DNA of 19,126 nucleotides, taken from the NCBI GenBank assembly GCA_050261115.1, contig JBLNCY010000065.1, positions 1 to 19,126 of the forward strand, given 5' to 3'. Origin of the DNA: Methanocella sp. Its GTDB lineage: Archaea > Thermoproteota > Bathyarchaeia > Bathyarchaeales > Bathycorpusculaceae. This document shows positions 17,116 through 19,126 of this stretch, piece after piece; position 1 is the first letter of the stretch; each line of letters starts with the position of its first letter. Under the pieces are notes generated by a model. The model had not been told where the DNA came from, made no database searches, and worked only from the letters and a program-made list of their open reading frames with translations. The position numbers were made by a program, and so were the translations under genes.

Positions 17116-17331
17116 TTGGCGGGGAAGAGATACAGGGGTAATCAGCTTAAGGTGATTAGTGGCAAAGAGGCGACCCTAAACCGAATAACGATGCTAATTC
17201 TGGACTGCTCAAAAAAGTCGCTAACCAGATATGACCCTGAGGGTAAGAGCCCTGACTATGCGGATATTTTGATGTTGACCTCTCGAGCTGCTCGAAAAAA
17301 TATTTTTCAAAAAGCCGTGGTTAGGCGTTGA
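17116..17331 (+). pseudogene. Short ORF, possibly the truncated N-terminus of a winged-helix-type protein
   Basis: GGGGAGGGGG upstream of a TTG start. The first ~40 aa look protein-like (LKVISGKEATLNRI..LIL...KSLTRYD) and the rest does not. Confidence 0.35.
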
Positions 17332-17372
17332 CACCTTCAAATATTGAGCGTATCATCGTTACTGGTTAGATT

Positions 17373-17681
17373 CTAAGACTTTTTTGATTTACGTATGACT
17401 TCTGCAAAGACGCCGTTAGCATCGAAAAGTAGATCAATGCGGTAGTCACCTTTAGCCCAGCCTAGCACTAGCCTTCCATTACCTGCTGGGTTGACAGTGG
17501 AAGGTGGCCCCAGAACAGACATTATTTCTTCTCTTGTTTTACCACTAAGCGTACCCAAACTTGAAATCTTCTTATTTATTGGGGGAGACATCATTGGGAG
17601 AACTATGAGGCGTGCAACTATTGCAATTAAAAAGAAGGAACCTAAGGAACCTAGAAAAAAAGCAATCGTTGCAGCATCCAT
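17373..17681 (-). CDS. Membrane-anchored small protein with BamE/SmpA/BLIP-like motif
   Basis: N-terminal TM helix followed by GKTREEIMSVLGPPS and W.......L.FD.NG. Confidence 0.7.
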   Translation of the reverse strand: MDAATIAFFLGSLGSFFLIAIVARLIVLPMMSPPINKKISSLGTLSGKTREEIMSVLGPPSTVNPAGNGRLVLGWAKGDYRIDLLFDANGVFAEVIRKSKKS

Positions 17682-18122
17682 GTTACCACTTGCTTAACCT
17701 CTTGCTATTTTCCAGTATATAAAATGTTTCCTTTAGCTTACTTTTTGTTGGAAAGTATTAATTTACTTTGATATTGCCCCTAGGAAACCTCTAAACATTT
17801 CTCTTTTGATGCCATACTGTTTCAATTAGCCTCTGGCTTGATAGAGTTCCATATTAGCGAGTATGCTTGCTATTGCTATTTTACCGCTGAACTCACATTT
17901 CACAAACAAAAATGCCCTTCTACTTACTAACCAGTAACCCGCAACTAATCAGAGGGGACAAGACAGGCTCGAAGAGTGCACCGTTTGGTCATGCCAACAA
18001 AGGGAAAAGAAGCAGCCGCATAAACAATGAAATTAGAAGCAGCTTACGACAGAAAACGAATAACCGTTTTCTGCAATATGTAAGAAATAGACTTTAACTA
18101 AAATATGCACTTAGTCAGGTTG

Positions 18123-18326
18123 TCATTTCTTCTTTTGAAGCACACATTTTGCTTCATGATTTAGTATATACAAGCCAAAAAGTGTCAACACTACGCCCAC
18201 TATTAGAAGCACAATCAAGGACTCATATCCTAAATATTGGTCCAATAGTGTCCAAACGCTTCTAAAAATGAGTACAGATGCAAAAAGGAGTATGAACTCG
18301 CCGAGTAGTATTTTAGTCCAATGCAT
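18123..18326 (-). CDS. Small two-TM membrane protein
   Basis: 67 aa with two hydrophobic helices separated by RSVWTLLDQY. Confidence 0.7.
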   Translation of the reverse strand: MHWTKILLGEFILLFASVLIFRSVWTLLDQYLGYESLIVLLIVGVVLTLFGLYILNHEAKCVLQKKK

Positions 18327-18436
18327 AGCGGTTGCCTTAACCCTAAAGTCTTGGATTCAGAAAATTTAGGCATTACGGGATTACTTCAGAAAAACCGTTG
18401 AGAACTGCTAAGAGGCGAAATTACGGTTTTTTAGCG

Positions 18437-18751
18437 TCATACTTTGAGTCTGCTTAGTCTTTCATACAGCGCGTCAAAAACTAGTTTCTTTTTCTCCTTG
18501 CTTAAATGGAAGAGGACCTTTGAAATCATCTCTTCTGAGACTGTGAAGATATAGTTTAGTTTTATAACGCTGTCTTTTATGGCGCCATCACTTTTGGTAA
18601 GCGGTATCCCCTTCATCTTTAAGTTGCTGGTTACACCGGCTATTATGACGTTGCCTAACTCCTCGAATAGAACCACTGCTGGTCTCGTCTTGATTTCAGA
18701 ACTGTCCGCAAATTGAACGCTAGTGAGGATAACATCACCAGGTTTAAGCAT
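18437..18751 (-). CDS. mazF: Type II toxin, PemK/MazF family endoribonuclease
   Basis: GDVIL...QFAD....KTRPAVVL, IIAGVTSN and DSVIKL..IFTV. Confidence 0.88.
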   Translation of the reverse strand: MLKPGDVILTSVQFADSSEIKTRPAVVLFEELGNVIIAGVTSNLKMKGIPLTKSDGAIKDSVIKLNYIFTVSEEMISKVLFHLSKEKKKLVFDALYERLSRLKV

Positions 18752-18977
18752 GTTCCCAAGCCTCGTCTTCTTCGTTATCCCATAGTTCTTTCATTTTTGC
18801 TTGTTGAATTCTGTGGATAAACTCATCATATTGTCTTCTATTTTTGTGTTCCTTTGCAAGTTTTAAGAGGTTTAATATGGTTTCATTGTAGGTTTCTCTT
18901 GGATATTTCTTGATATTTTTTAGCTCTTTAACGATGGACTTCTTGAGTTGTATGGTGGTAGTCTCATCTTCGGTCAC
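18744..18977 (-). CDS. Putative cognate antitoxin (RHH-like N-terminus, acidic C-terminus)
   Basis: Directly upstream of the toxin with an 8-nt overlap. TTIQL...EL..IK....ETYNETI..LL followed by ELWDNEEDEAWE. GTG start. Confidence 0.8.
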   Translation of the reverse strand: MTEDETTTIQLKKSIVKELKNIKKYPRETYNETILNLLKLAKEHKNRRQYDEFIHRIQQAKMKELWDNEEDEAWEHA

Positions 18978-18984
18978 TATATAT

Positions 18985-19015
18985 CGCCTATAATTATTGT
19001 ATAACCGCCTATAAT
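18985..19015. promoter_or_regulatory. Direct repeat, candidate TA autorepression operator
   Basis: CGCCTATAAT at 18985-18994 and 19006-19015, immediately upstream of the antitoxin start. Confidence 0.5.
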
Positions 19016-19126
19016 ATGTCGCTTGTGGAAATGGATTTTATAAGCCTTGGAGCTAACTCGACGATTTCACCGCCAGCACCATAAAGCTAGAAAAGGCTAA
19101 ATTCAATTTAGAATTGAAATTGGAGC

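Noticed and set aside
17700-18120. ORF 17912-18097 and possible minus-strand hydrophobic fragments
   Set aside because: No RBS, motif or continuous credible frame. Could be decayed DNA, but this cannot be supported.
1-19126. CRISPR array, tRNA/rRNA genes, IS elements
   Set aside because: No regularly spaced repeats, cloverleaf or rRNA-like segments, or transposase motifs were recognised by eye.

Overview
Archaeal-type chromosomal window. Bathyarchaeia is my best guess, inferred from the PolB2, the PAS histidine kinase style, the NosD-type surface protein, TATA/BRE-like promoters and TTG/GTG starts. Positions 1-14100 are gene-dense and accessory or stress related: GyrI-like protein, a basic hypothetical protein, a variant family-4 uracil-DNA glycosylase, small hypotheticals, a SAM methyltransferase, an alpha/beta hydrolase, a BCP peroxiredoxin followed by a CysRS-like class I ligase, a cytochrome b5-like protein, two surface proteins, a phosphoribosyltransferase plus dienelactone-hydrolase pair, a flavodoxin-fold oxidoreductase and a 3xPAS histidine kinase. 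Positions ~14100-19126 are more AT-rich and hold a PolB2-group polymerase, gene remnants, small membrane proteins and a MazF/PemK-type toxin-antitoxin pair. The best candidate for novelty is the CysRS paralog, whose Zn/cysteine-binding site is remodelled and whose C-terminus is short. Several genes carry single frameshift or nonsense lesions. No rRNA, tRNA, CRISPR array, transposase or integrase was recognised. All family calls come from motif recognition by eye, not from database searches.
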